A program made the translations under genes and the position numbers. Below are positions 28,739-39,340 of a DNA stretch of 64,000 bases, in pieces. Every line of letters starts with the position of its first letter. Positions within the stretch are counted from its first letter, which is position 1. Origin of the DNA: an uncultured delta proteobacterium (GTDB lineage: Bacteria; Myxococcota_A; Polyangia; Polyangiales; Polyangiaceae). The DNA is taken from NCBI GenBank assembly GCA_963806225.1, contig CAWDXG010000004.1:1088001-1152000 (forward strand). The letters are read 5' to 3'. The notes below the pieces were generated by a model. The model saw only the letters and a program-made list of their open reading frames with translations. It searched no databases and had not been told where the DNA came from.

Positions 28739-29590
28739 GTGAAGATCCGCACTGCTTCGAATGTCTTTGGCCTATTGTTCGCTCTCGCGCTGGGAGCCCC
28801 CGCCATGGTCTCCTGCGCGACCACCAGCTCGGGCGGGGGCCTGGGCGGCGGTTTCGGCTTTGGGGGTAGCAACACCGGCGGCTCCGCGGGCAACCTCGGC
28901 ACCCAGGGCTGCACCACGGCGCCTGACTGCAACCAATGCCAGGGCAACTGCGCGAAGTGCACCTGCGTGAACGGGGCGGCGAAGTGCCAGAACGTCTGCA
29001 CTAGCACCGGCACGGGCGGCACGGCCGGCTCCGGCACCGGCGGCGCCTCGAACCTCCCTGCCTGCTGCGGGCATTGCACGGCCTGTTTCGACAAGTGCAT
29101 GTGCAACGGCGGTACGCCGTCGACCTGCGTCGCGTCCTGCAACTCCGGCACGGGCGGCAGCGGCACGGGCGGCAGCGGCACCGGCGGCAGCGGCACCGGC
29201 GGCAGCGGCACCGGCGGCAGCGGCTTCGGCGGCTCCGGCGCGGGCGGCTCCGGCTTCGGCGGCTCCGGCGCGGGCGGCTCCGGCGGCGGAAGCTGCTCGT
29301 CGTCGATCCCCGCCGGCTCGACCTGCGACCAGCTCACGACGAACAACGCGACCTGCGACCAGTGCATGCAGTCGAACTGCTGCTCGCAGATGAACGCCTG
29401 CTTCGGCAACACCACCTGCTCGGGCCTGTACCTGTGCATCGGACAGAACTGCCAGGGCATCACCGACCAGACCCAGTTCAACACCTGCGTGCAGAACAGC
29501 TGCGGCCAGTGCTCGACGCAGACCTCCGTCCAGCAGCTGAACGATTTCGCGAACTGCCAGCAGAACAGCTGCGCCACCGAGTGCAAGTAG
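28739..29590 (+). CDS. Gly/Ser-linker, Cys-rich lipoprotein (paralog 2)
   Basis: Signal peptide ending AMVSC; two extra small Cys modules; C-terminal domain closely similar to paralog 1 (TTCSGLYLCIGQNCQGITDQTQFN shared). Confidence 0.85.
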   Translation: MKIRTASNVFGLLFALALGAPAMVSCATTSSGGGLGGGFGFGGSNTGGSAGNLGTQGCTTAPDCNQCQGNCAKCTCVNGAAKCQNVCTSTGTGGTAGSGTGGASNLPACCGHCTACFDKCMCNGGTPSTCVASCNSGTGGSGTGGSGTGGSGTGGSGTGGSGFGGSGAGGSGFGGSGAGGSGGGSCSSSIPAGSTCDQLTTNNATCDQCMQSNCCSQMNACFGNTTCSGLYLCIGQNCQGITDQTQFNTCVQNSCGQCSTQTSVQQLNDFANCQQNSCATECK

Positions 29591-29637
29591 GCTGAGGAGG
29601 GGCCCTGGGCAGGCCGCCGCTCCGACCGTTCCGCGCA

Positions 29638-30609
29638 ATGCCGCCGCTCGTCGCGGCGGCATTGCTCGTAGCGGCCCTGCCCGCGCCAGGACGTGCGGAG
29701 AGCGCGGAGCGCAAGGGCTTCGAGCCCTGGGCGGGCGGCAAGGGCCCGGCCGAGCGCGCGCTGACCGGCGGTGTCGCCACGCTGCGCGCACCGGCCTCGA
29801 CGATGATCCGCGTGCCGACGAGCACGTTCTACATGGGCTCCACGCCGACGGAGGTGCTGGAGGCAGTGCTCGAGTGCACGCGCGAGCCGCTGGGCGACCG
29901 CATGCGCTGCAACGAGATGCTGTTCTCCAACGAGATGCCGCGCCACAAGGTCACGCTGTCGGCATACTGGCTCGACCGCACCGAGGTGACGGTGCGCGCC
30001 TACCGGCGCTGCGTCGCGTTGCGTCGCTGCCGGCCGGTACCGTACTCGCGGGGCGCGACGCGCTTCGACAGGCCCGGCTTCCCCGTGTCGCTGGTCACCT
30101 GGCGGGACGCGCTGGACTACTGCCGCTTCCGCGGCGCCAGGCTGCCCACGGAGGCGGAATGGGAGCGGGCGGCCCGCGGCACGCCCGGGCGGCGCTTTCC
30201 GTGGGGCAACCTGTACAATTCGCACGTCTCGAACCACGGCCGGCTCGGCCAGTCGCCGACGGACGCGGGCGACGGCTACGCCGAGCTGGCACCGGTCGGC
30301 TCGTTTCCATCGGGACGGACGCCGGACGGCTTCCTCGACATGGCCGGCAACGTGTCCGAATGGACCAGCGACCGCTACGCCGACAGCTATCCGGCGGGCG
30401 CAGCGGTGGACCCGCAGGGCCCGAAGAGCAACGCGGGCGGCGAGCGTGTGATCCGCGGCGGAAGCTACCAGTCCGGCGTGCCGTGGCTGCGAGGTGCCGT
30501 GCGCCTCGCGGCGGATCCGGGTGTCCGTCGTCCCTGGATCGGCTTCCGCTGTGCTCGCACCGACAAACGACACCCTCCGGCCACACCCATCCACCCACCC
30601 CCTCCGTAG
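29638..30609 (+). CDS. Formylglycine-generating-enzyme (FGE/SUMF1) family secreted protein
   Basis: FYMGS, DRTEVT, RLPTEAEWERAARG, DMAGNVSEW, IRGGSY, IGFRCA. Confidence 0.92.
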   Translation: MPPLVAAALLVAALPAPGRAESAERKGFEPWAGGKGPAERALTGGVATLRAPASTMIRVPTSTFYMGSTPTEVLEAVLECTREPLGDRMRCNEMLFSNEMPRHKVTLSAYWLDRTEVTVRAYRRCVALRRCRPVPYSRGATRFDRPGFPVSLVTWRDALDYCRFRGARLPTEAEWERAARGTPGRRFPWGNLYNSHVSNHGRLGQSPTDAGDGYAELAPVGSFPSGRTPDGFLDMAGNVSEWTSDRYADSYPAGAAVDPQGPKSNAGGERVIRGGSYQSGVPWLRGAVRLAADPGVRRPWIGFRCARTDKRHPPATPIHPPPP

Positions 30610-30613
30610 TCCT

Positions 30614-30678
30614 CCTCGAGGGGGCTCACCGCCCCTCGATCATCCCGACGCGCCTCGCTACGCTCGGCGCTGGCTGGT
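30614..30678. repeat. Dispersed palindromic REP-like element, copy 2
   Basis: Same 26-bp hairpin as 14614, followed by GCGCC-TCGCTACGCTC-GGCGC. Confidence 0.75.
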
Positions 30679-30699
30679 TGTCACTCGCCAGATTCTCCC

Positions 30700-31200
30700 A
30701 TGCATTCCAGACTCGACCCTGATGCCAGCGACCGCGACTGGGGTCGTCGCGCGCTGAATCCGCGGAGCCGCCGCGTCGCGGTCGCGCTCGTAGAGGGCGT
30801 GCTGGCCGATACCGACGACGCAGGCCGGATCGTGGCCGCGTCGCCCGAGCTCGCCGAACGCACGGTCGAAGGCGTCGATCTGATGATCGGCGCGGCCAGC
30901 CCGCAGGCCCAGCGCGTGTGGCGCGTCGGGCTGCTGCTGCTGGAGTGGCTGCCGCTGTTCTACCTGCACGTGCTGTCGCGTATGAGCCGACTGCCGATCG
31001 CCCGGCGCGTGCTGTACCTGGAGCGCGTGGAACGGACGCGCTTCGGACTGCTCTCTGCGCTCCTGGCCGGGCTCAAGGTGAGCATCTGCATCCACGGCTA
31101 CGAGGACGATCCGGAGCTGGCCGCAACAGGCTTCGACCGCGGCGATCTGGCAGCGCGGCGGCGGCTTCCAGCGGCTTCGGCCGAGAGGGCCCGACCGTGA
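30700..31200 (+). CDS. Hypothetical protein, probable small partner subunit of the GMC oxidoreductase
   Basis: Helical protein overlapping the start of the GMC gene; start uncertain. Confidence 0.55.
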   Translation: MHSRLDPDASDRDWGRRALNPRSRRVAVALVEGVLADTDDAGRIVAASPELAERTVEGVDLMIGAASPQAQRVWRVGLLLLEWLPLFYLHVLSRMSRLPIARRVLYLERVERTRFGLLSALLAGLKVSICIHGYEDDPELAATGFDRGDLAARRRLPAASAERARP

Positions 31201-32739
31201 ACGACATCGGGGCATCGGAGAGCATCGTCCAGGGCCGGCAGCTCGAAAAGGGCTTCGACGTGGGCTGCGACGCGGTCGTCGTCGGTTCCGGCGCCGGGGG
31301 TGCGGTCGTCGCCGCCACGCTCGCGGAGGCGGGCCTGGAAGTGATCGTGCTCGAGGAGGGCGCCTACTACCGCCCGGAGGAGTACGGCGCGTTCCGCCCG
31401 AGCGAGTCGCTCAGACGGCTCGGTCGCGAGTCGGGCATGATCGCGGCGCTGGGGCTGGGGCAGACGCCCATCATCGCGCTGATGGCGGGGCGCTGCGTCG
31501 GGGGCAGCAGCGTGATGACTGGCGGCGTGTGCTTCCGCATTCCGTCGCACGTGCACGATCACTGGGAGCAGGAGCTCGGGCTCGACGAGCTCGGCGAGCG
31601 TGGGCTCGAAGCGGCGTACGCCGCCGTGGAACGCCGCTGCCACATCGGCGAGGTGCCCCGGGCGCTGCGCTCCCGCTCGACGCAGCGCTTTGTGGACGGC
31701 GCCGGCGAGCTCGGCATCCCGATGTACCCGCTGAACCGCAACACCGACGGCTGCGAGGGCAACGCACGCTGCAACTTCGGCTGCCCCAAGGGCGCCAAGA
31801 TGAGCGTGGACGTGTCGTATCTGCCGGGCGCGCTCGAACACGGCGCGCGTGTCGTGTCGGACGCGCTCGTCGAGCGAGTGGTGTTCGACCGGGATCGCGC
31901 AACGGGCGTCGAGGGGCGACTGCTCGGCGGCGAGCACGGCGCTCCCGGCCATCGATTCCGCGTGCGCGCCCCGCTCGTGATCGTCGCGTGCGGCACCATC
32001 CACACGCCGGGCCTCTTGGCAGCGTCGGGGCTCGGCGGGCCGGATCTGGGGCGCCACATCACGCTGCACCCGGCCGTGCGCGTCGCGGCGCTGTTCGACG
32101 ACCGGCTCGACGGCTGGAACGGCGCGCTGCAGTCCGTGTACAGCGATCACTTCCACGACGACGGCATCACGCTGGTGGGCGTGTACAGCACGGTCAACGT
32201 GCTGGCCGGCGCGTTCCCCGGCGTGGGGCCGTCGCTGCGCCGCCGCATCGAGACGATGCCGTACATGGGTATTTTCGGCGCGATGATCCACGATCAGGGC
32301 GGCGGCGTGGTGCGCCCCGGCATCGGCACGCGCGAGCCGATGCTCAGCTACAACATGGTCGCGGACGATCTGCGGCGGCTTCGCCGTTCGTTCACGATCC
32401 TGTCGCGAGATCGCGTTCGCGGCCGGAGCGCGCGAGGTGTACGCGCCGGTGTTCGGCGTGCCGCCCATCCGCTCCATGGACGACGCCTTGAAGGTCGAGC
32501 GGATGAAGATCGACGCGCGCCGCATCGAGTGCATGGCCTTCCACCCGCTCGGCAGCGCGCGCATGGCGAACGACGCCCGGCGCGGCGTGGTGGATCAGAA
32601 CGGCGAGTGCTTCGGCACCCGCGGGCTCTTCGTCGCGGACGGTTCGGTGCTGCCGACCAGCATCGGCGTCAACTCGCAGGAGCCGGTGATGGCCATGGCG
32701 ACGCGGATCGCGTGGGGGCTCCGCGAGCGGTACGCCTGA
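31197..32739 (+). CDS. GMC family oxidoreductase (frameshift near 32405)
   Basis: GSGAGG FAD motif, GRCVGGSS, CxGxxxCNFGC; the C-terminal FHPLGSARM...DGSVLPTSIGVN is in another frame. Confidence 0.88.
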
Positions 32740-33268
32740 TGGCGCGGCTGCACCTGCCCATCCACGACGCCGCGCGCTTCGTGCTGGTCGGCCCGCACTA
32801 TCCGGAGAACGTCGGAGCGGCGGCGCGCGCTCTGAAGACGATGGGGTTTTCCCGGCTGCTCCTGGTGAAGCCGGGGCGGCTCGCCTCGCCCGGCCACGAG
32901 ATGGCGCGGAAGATGGCGGTCAAGTCGCTGGACGTCCTGGAGGCGGCGCGCGTGTGCGACAGCCTGGCCGAGGCTCTCGACGGCGTCGATCTGGTGTTCG
33001 CCACCACTTCCCGGCGCGGCGTCTCGGGGGTGCTGGTGCCGCGCGACGCGGCCCGCATGGCCGAGCTCACGACCGAGCGCGGCGGCCAGCTCGCGTTCGT
33101 GTTCGGCAACGAGAAGACCGGCCTGTCGCAGGCCGACCTGGCACGCTGTCGCACGAGCGCGTGCGCATCCCGATGGCAGCCCCGCAGCCGTCGGTGAACC
33201 TGGCCCAGGCGGTCCAGATCATCGCCTACGAGCTGATGCTGGCGGGCCTCGACGCGCGCGGTCGGTGA
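32739..33268 (+). CDS. TrmJ/TrmH-like SPOUT RNA methyltransferase (frameshift near 33150)
   Basis: [28 protein letters not shown]...[14 protein letters not shown] in another frame. Confidence 0.85.
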
Positions 33269-33282
33269 TAGGGTTCGGCCGC

Positions 33283-34331
33283 ATGGACCTCATCGATCTC
33301 CGCTCCGACACGGTCACGCAGCCGACGCCCGCGATGCGCGAGGCCATGGCGCGCGCCGAGGTGGGCGACGACGTGTACGGCGAGGACCCGACGGTGGCGG
33401 AGCTCGAACGCCGCGTGGCGGAGCTCCTCGGCAAGCAGCGCGCGCTGTTCGTGCCCTCGGGAACGATGGGCAACCAGCTCGCGCTGCTCGTGCACACGCG
33501 GCCGGGCGACGAGGTGATCATCGGCGAGGGCGCGCACTGCGCCTGGTACGAGTCCGGCGCCGGGGCCGCGTGGAGCGGTGTGCAGTTCGCCGTGGCCGGG
33601 AAGGGCGGGCTGTTCGACGCAGACGAGATGGAAGCCGCGCGTCAAGCCACCCGCCTACTACCTGCCCCACAGCGCCTGGTCGCAGTGGAGAACACGCACA
33701 ACCGCGCCGGCGGCCGCGTTTTCCCACAGGAACGCATCGTCAGCGATCGCCGAGCGGGCGCGGCGGCACGGGCTCGCCTGCACCTGGACGGCGCGCGGCT
33801 GTGGAACGCAGCGGTCGCCAGCGGTCGCGCCGCTCGACGAACTCGCGGCGCCGTTCGACACCGTGAACGTGTGCTTCTCGAAGGGGCTCGGCGCGCCGGT
33901 CGGCTCCGCGCTGGCGGGGTCCGACGAGCTCATCGGCCGCGCGCATCGCTTCCGCAAGATGCTCGGCGGCGGCATGCGGCAGGCGGGCATCCTGGCTGCC
34001 GGGGCGCTGTACGCGCTCGAGCACCATCGCGAGCGGCTGGCCGAGGACCACCGCGCGGCGCGCGCCCTCGCCGAAGATCGTGGCCGCAGCGCGCCCGGGG
34101 CCCGCGTGGACCTGCGACGCGGTCGAGACGAACATCGTCAACATCGAGCTCGAGCGCGCGCGCGCGGACGCGGGTGATCGAGGCGGCGCAGGAACGCGGC
34201 GTGCTCATCTCCTCGATCGCGCCGCGCGCGCTGCGCGGCCGTCACGCACCTCGACGTTTCCGGCGAGCAGGCGCGCCGCGCCGCCGAAGAGCTGGCCGAG
34301 GCCATCGCGCGCGCGGAGGGCGCCGGCTTGA
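33283..34331 (+). CDS. ltaE: Low-specificity L-threonine aldolase (several frameshifts)
   Basis: [68 protein letters not shown] spread over frames. Confidence 0.85.
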
Positions 34332-35438
34332 GCCGCGGCGCCCTGCTGCTGGCGCTCTTGGCTGCTCGCGGCGTGCGCGCCGACGTTGCCGCGGCCGTAC
34401 CTCGAAGCCCGCGCAGCTGCCGAGCGCGCCTACACCTCGGGCCGCTACGACGAGGCGGCCGAGCACTGGCGCGAGGCCGCGCGGCAGCGCGAAGCGACCG
34501 CGCAATCGCGACGAGGCGCATGTACCGCGTGGCGCCAGCCCTGGACCGCGCGGGCCGCTACCCCAAGCCGAAGCCGCGTACGACAGGCTCGCTGGCGCTG
34601 GCGCCGCACAGCGGGCGCGCCGCGCGCGCCGCCTACGACCGAGGCCGTGATCGAGGTCGAGCACGGCGACCGCGCACAAGGGCTACCGGATGCTCGAACA
34701 GGTGATGCTCGACTACCCGCGCTCCGGCCCCGCCGTCAGCGCACTGCACCGTACGCTCCTCTACGACGACCAGCAGGGCGGGCCGGCGAGCGGCGCTGGC
34801 GGAGCTCGACCGCCTGATTGCGAAGCTCGACAGGACCGAGCTCGTCCGAACGCCTGCACTTCGCCTACGCCGAGTACCTCGACAAGGCGGGGCGCAGCGC
34901 GCGCCGCGCGGGATCGCTACCTGTACACGGCCAAGCGCTTCCCCTACCCGTACGGCGCGCTGTGGGACGACGCGCTGTACCTCGCGTCGCAGGACGACGA
35001 GAAGCTCGGCGACTACCGCGGCGCGATCGCAGTGCTCGCCGCATGCTCTCGCAGCAGGAGCCGTCGAGCATGCAGGGCAGCTACGAGCGTCCGCGCTACG
35101 ACCAGGCCCAGATGCGCATCGCCATCCTGTACCGCGACCAGCTCCACGATCCCGCGGCGGCGCGCCGCGCGTTCCACAAGGTGTGGACCGATCACCCGAC
35201 GAGCCTGCTCAAGGACGACGCCTGTGGGACGAGGCGCTACTGGCCAGGAAGGCGGGTGACGGCAGACGTCCGCCTGCAGCGTGCTGTCGACGCTCGCCCA
35301 CGGCATGCCGGACTCCCGCTACGTGCCCTGCGCCCGCGAGCTGTGCCCGACGGCGCCGCCTGCGCCGGAAGGGGCGGAGCTGCCACGACTACATCAAGCG
35401 GCAGGCCGAAGGCCGCTGTTGGCCGAGCGCCGAAATAG
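34328..35438 (+). CDS. TPR-containing probable lipoprotein (several frameshifts)
   Basis: Fragments [43 protein letters not shown] in shifting frames; boundaries approximate. Confidence 0.55.
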
Positions 35439-35823
35439 CCCGGACGCGCGCGCTAGTCTGTCTCTCGAAGTCGTCCTCGATTTCCTCGTCGAGGTCTTCG
35501 TCCTCGTCGTCGTCCTCGTCGTCGTCTTCGTCGTCGTCTTCGCCCTTGAACTCGGTCTTCAGGTCGATGCCGACTTCGCCGAGCTGCGTCTCGAGCAGCT
35601 CCATCAGCTCGTCGATATCGTCGCCGCTCCACTCGTCGATGACGTCGGTGAGGAACTCGAAGAAGTCGCCGTTGTCGAGCCGCCGCTCGATCTCCTCGAC
35701 CTGCTCTTCGGTGAACGCTTCGAGGATGTCCTCGCGCAGGGATTCGGTGTCGCCTTCCTCGATCGCCTCCTGGGCCGAAAGGCGGATCTGACGGACTGCG
35801 CGTCTGTCGAGGTAGATATCCAT
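35389..35823 (-). CDS. Small highly acidic protein
   Basis: MDIYLDRRAVRQIRL...EDDDEDDDEDD; strong codon bias. True stop may be TAG at 35453 if there is an indel near the end. Confidence 0.75.
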   Translation of the reverse strand: MDIYLDRRAVRQIRLSAQEAIEEGDTESLREDILEAFTEEQVEEIERRLDNGDFFEFLTDVIDEWSGDDIDELMELLETQLGEVGIDLKTEFKGEDDDEDDDEDDDEDEDLDEEIEDDFERQTSARVRAISALGQQRPSACRLM

Positions 35824-35863
35824 CTAGTTGTGCTCTCCCGGGACCTCGCCCCGCCTTTAGACG

Positions 35864-36619
35864 ATGCTTTGCCGCAGAGTCAAGACCTGCACAGAAGAGG
35901 CCCAGCTCCAGCGCGGCACTGGCGCAAGGCGTCCCCAGGCGGCGGTACACAGTGAGCAGTGAGATGGCCCGGCTTGTCGCCAATGTCTCTCGGCGCTCGG
36001 ACGCTGCGCTCGGCGCCCCGGCCGGCACTGGCCCAGCGCCCCCGCTGCGCCCGCGCCCGCCCCCCATCAACTTCCACTATCTGCAGTACGGGGTCGGCCT
36101 CGCCACCGAGACGGTCGCTTCCGCGGGCGGCGTCTGCCCGGCCGGACGCGACGACGCCGTGCATCCTCGGCTCGGGCGGAGGCCTGGCGATCCGGGTCGG
36201 CTACCGCTCGCGAGGGCCCTGGTACGTGGGCGGCGCCTACGAATTCTCGCGCCAGGACTCGTCGAACCTGCTGCGCCTGGCCATCCTGCAGCAGCTTCGG
36301 GGCGAATTCCGCTACTATGCCGACGAGGGAAACCGGCTGACGCCCTACGCCGCCGGCGGGCTGGGAGCTGCCCTGTACGGCAACGAGTGGGGCACCGAAA
36401 CAGGCGGCGTCGTGAGCTTTCTGGGCGGCGGCGTCGAATACCAGATCAATCGCACCACCGTGATCGGGGCCGCCCTGGCCTACCGGCCGCTGCTGCTGCG
36501 AGGGCTGGACCGACAAGGCCGGCCAGCGCCGCGCCGACCAGCTTCTGGGCTTCGGAGTCGCCCACATCGTAGCGCTGGAGCTGATCCTCGAGGTGCGCGA
36601 TCCGCTGCCCCGATGGTAG
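35864..36619 (+). CDS. Outer-membrane beta-barrel-like protein (frameshifted)
   Basis: Amphipathic strands (LAIRVGYR, WYVGGAYEF, PYAAGGLG, LGGGVEYQ) across frames; ends LEVRDPLPRW; start uncertain. Confidence 0.55.
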
Positions 36620-36695
36620 CTCGCACAAGCCGGCGAGCCGCCAGGCGCACGCACGCGCTTGACTCGCCGCTATCCACAGGGTTCCCCTTCGCGTT

Positions 36696-38117
36696 GTGAG
36701 GTGCGACCGGTGCGGGCGGGACAACCCCGACCATCTGAGGTTCTGCCAGGATTGCGGAAACAGCCTCGCCGTCCCGTCCTGTTGCGGAGGCGACACCACC
36801 CCGCGGGGTCGAGATGGGCGGCGGTCAGCCAGACTCGAAAGTGGATCTCGGGAGCACCGTGCGCATCCATTCCCGGCCGTCCGCGCCTGACTTCGACTTC
36901 ACGCCCCGGGAGCGGCCCCCCGGCTCGGGAACAGCGTGCGACCGCTGCGGCGTGGTCAACCCGGCCGATAGCCGCTTCTGCTCCGAATGCGGCGCTCCTC
37001 TGGGCCCCGGAGCCGCGCCGCCCGCCCAGCCGCCCGCTCCCGCTGGCGGGCCGGGGCCAGCGGGCGGGGCCCGGCCCCGCCCAGGCGCAGGCGCCGGTTA
37101 TCGCGGCGCCGGTGGTGGACATCGCGGCGCCCGGCCCGGAGGCGGCGCCGGTGATCTGTGTGCGCTGCCGCGGCAGCAACTCGCCACACATGAGCTTCTG
37201 CCAGTTCTGTGGCGCGCGACTGGGCGCAGCGCCGGCCCCGGCGCCCGACGCCACCCCTCAGCCTCCAATATCGGCCCCACACTCCAGCACGAGCCCGGAA
37301 GCGCCCATGGCGCATCCTCCGGCCACCTACCGCGCCGGCGGCTCGCCGGAGCCGGCGCCAGCCCCGCCTACCCCGCCGCCGAGCGTTCCCCCGTCCGTTG
37401 GGCCGGGCGTTACCACGGGTCGCTTCGCGCCGGCATCGCTGCCCGGCGCCCAGGCGCGGCTGGTGGTGATAGCCCAGGACGGGACACCCGGGCCGTGACT
37501 ACGCGCTGGTCGAACCCCAGACCGACATCGGGCGCGACGAGGGCACCGTCCTGTTGCCCAACGATCCCTACGTCTCGCCTCGTCATGCCCGCGTTTTCCA
37601 GCGTAACGGGCGCTTTTTCGTTCGGGATCTGGACTCGGTGAACGGCGTCTACGTGCGGCTCCGCGGGCCGGCCAGACTCGAGCACGCCGACTTGGTGTTG
37701 ATCGGCCTTGAGGTGTTAAGGTTCGAGGTCGTGAGCGACGCGGAGATGGGACTCGGCCCTGCGGCTGAAAGAGGCGCGCAGATCTTCGGGTCGCCGGCTT
37801 CACCACGATTTGCGCGTCTGTGCCAGCGCACGGTAGAAGGCGTCACTCGAAATGTGTTCTACCTATCGGCCGAGGAGACGGTGATCGGGCGCGAAGCTGG
37901 GGATATCGTCTTCACGAGCGACCCGTTCATGAGCCGCCGCCACGCGACTATCCGACGCGAAGAGTCGAACGTGTTCACGCTGCAGGATCTGGGCTCTTCC
38001 AACGGAACCTACCTGGCGATCCGCGGCGAGGTGGCGTTGGACGCGGGCGACCACGTCCGCATCGGACAGCACCTGTTCCGGCTCGACGTGGATTCGAACG
38101 GGCAGGACCCGCAATGA
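36696..38117 (+). CDS. Multi-zinc-ribbon, Pro-rich, double-FHA domain protein (frameshifted)
   Basis: CDRCG..FCQDCG, CDRCG..FCSECG, CVRC..FCQFCG; FHA motifs VSPRHAR..DLDSVNG and IGR..MSRRHA..DLGSSNGT. Confidence 0.8.
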
Positions 38118-39327
38118 GCGACGACGGGCAGGAGATCCGCGTCAATCTGTTCGGGCGCACCGACGTCGGACAGATCCGCGAACACAACGAGGACAACTTC
38201 CTCGTCGCCGACCTGACGCGGAAGAGCCGCAGCCTGATGGAGGCGGATCGCAATCAGGTCATCGGCGAGCGCGGCACCGTGATGGGCGTCTGCGACGGCA
38301 TGGGCGGTGCCGCGGCTGGCGAGGTGGCCAGCCAGCTGGCGGTCGACATCATCTACGAGAAGCTCGCACAGGGCGGACGCGCCCACCGACCACGACGATC
38401 TCGCCCGGCGCCTCGTCTTCGCCGTCGAGGAAGCGGGCATCCGCATCTTCAACGAAGCGCGCGCGGACCGCACCCGACGCGGCATGGGCACCACGTCGCA
38501 CGATCGCGGCCGTGATCGACTCGCGTCTGTTCCTGGCGCAGGTCGGCGACAGCCGCGCCTACATCCTGCGCAAGGGCGAGCTCGTGCAGGTGACGCGGGA
38601 CCAGTCGCTGGTCAACCAGCTCATCGAAGCCGGCCAGCTCACCGAAGAAGAGGCCGAGACCTTCGAGCACAACAACATCATCCTGCAGGCGCTCGGCACC
38701 GCGGAAACCGTGCAGGTCGACCTGACCTACGTCGATCTGCAGTACGGAGATACGCTGCTTCTCTGCTCCGACGGCCTGTCGGGCATGATCCGCGGCGACG
38801 AGATCCGCGAGGTCCTGGCGAGCGTGGAGGACCCCCTCGAGGCGTGCAAAGTGCTCACCGAGCGCGCGAACCTTGCCGGCGGGCACGACAACATCACGGT
38901 CATCGTCGCGCGCTTCGAGGGCGACGGCCTGCGCAAACCCAGCGACGAGGACGAGCCACTCAAGTACCGCAAGTACGCGCTGCCGGAAGTGGTCGACGCC
39001 GATGCCACGGTGCGCGCCAGCCCGCTCAGCAACGAACAGGTGGAGGCGGCGCCCGAGCCCAGCGACGAGGCGGCACGTGAATCGCGCAAGCTCCGCGTGG
39101 GGCACACGATGGTCGGCATGACGACGCCGCTGGAGGATGAGACCCCCACGGAACCGGCGCCGCCGTCGGAGCGCCCACCACCTCCCGCACAGCCCGCGGC
39201 GGTCTACAACGCGGACGAGGACCCGGTGCAGATCCCCACGACCGGCCTGCATCCGCGTGCGGTTGGCGCGCTGGTGCTCACCGCGCTGCTGCTCGTCGCA
39301 GTGACCGGATACGTGGTCCTGCGCTGA
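38114..39327 (+). CDS. PP2C/PPM Ser/Thr phosphatase with C-terminal TM (frameshifted)
   Basis: TDVGQIREHNED, VCDGMGG, GMGTT, VGDSRAY, LCSDGL, GGHDNIT. Confidence 0.9.
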
Positions 39328-39340
39328 GCGCCCGGACACC

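Noticed and set aside
30918..33197. GMC oxidoreductase-methyltransferase fusion
   Set aside because: Created by the indel near 32405; each gene has its own terminus in the proper frame.
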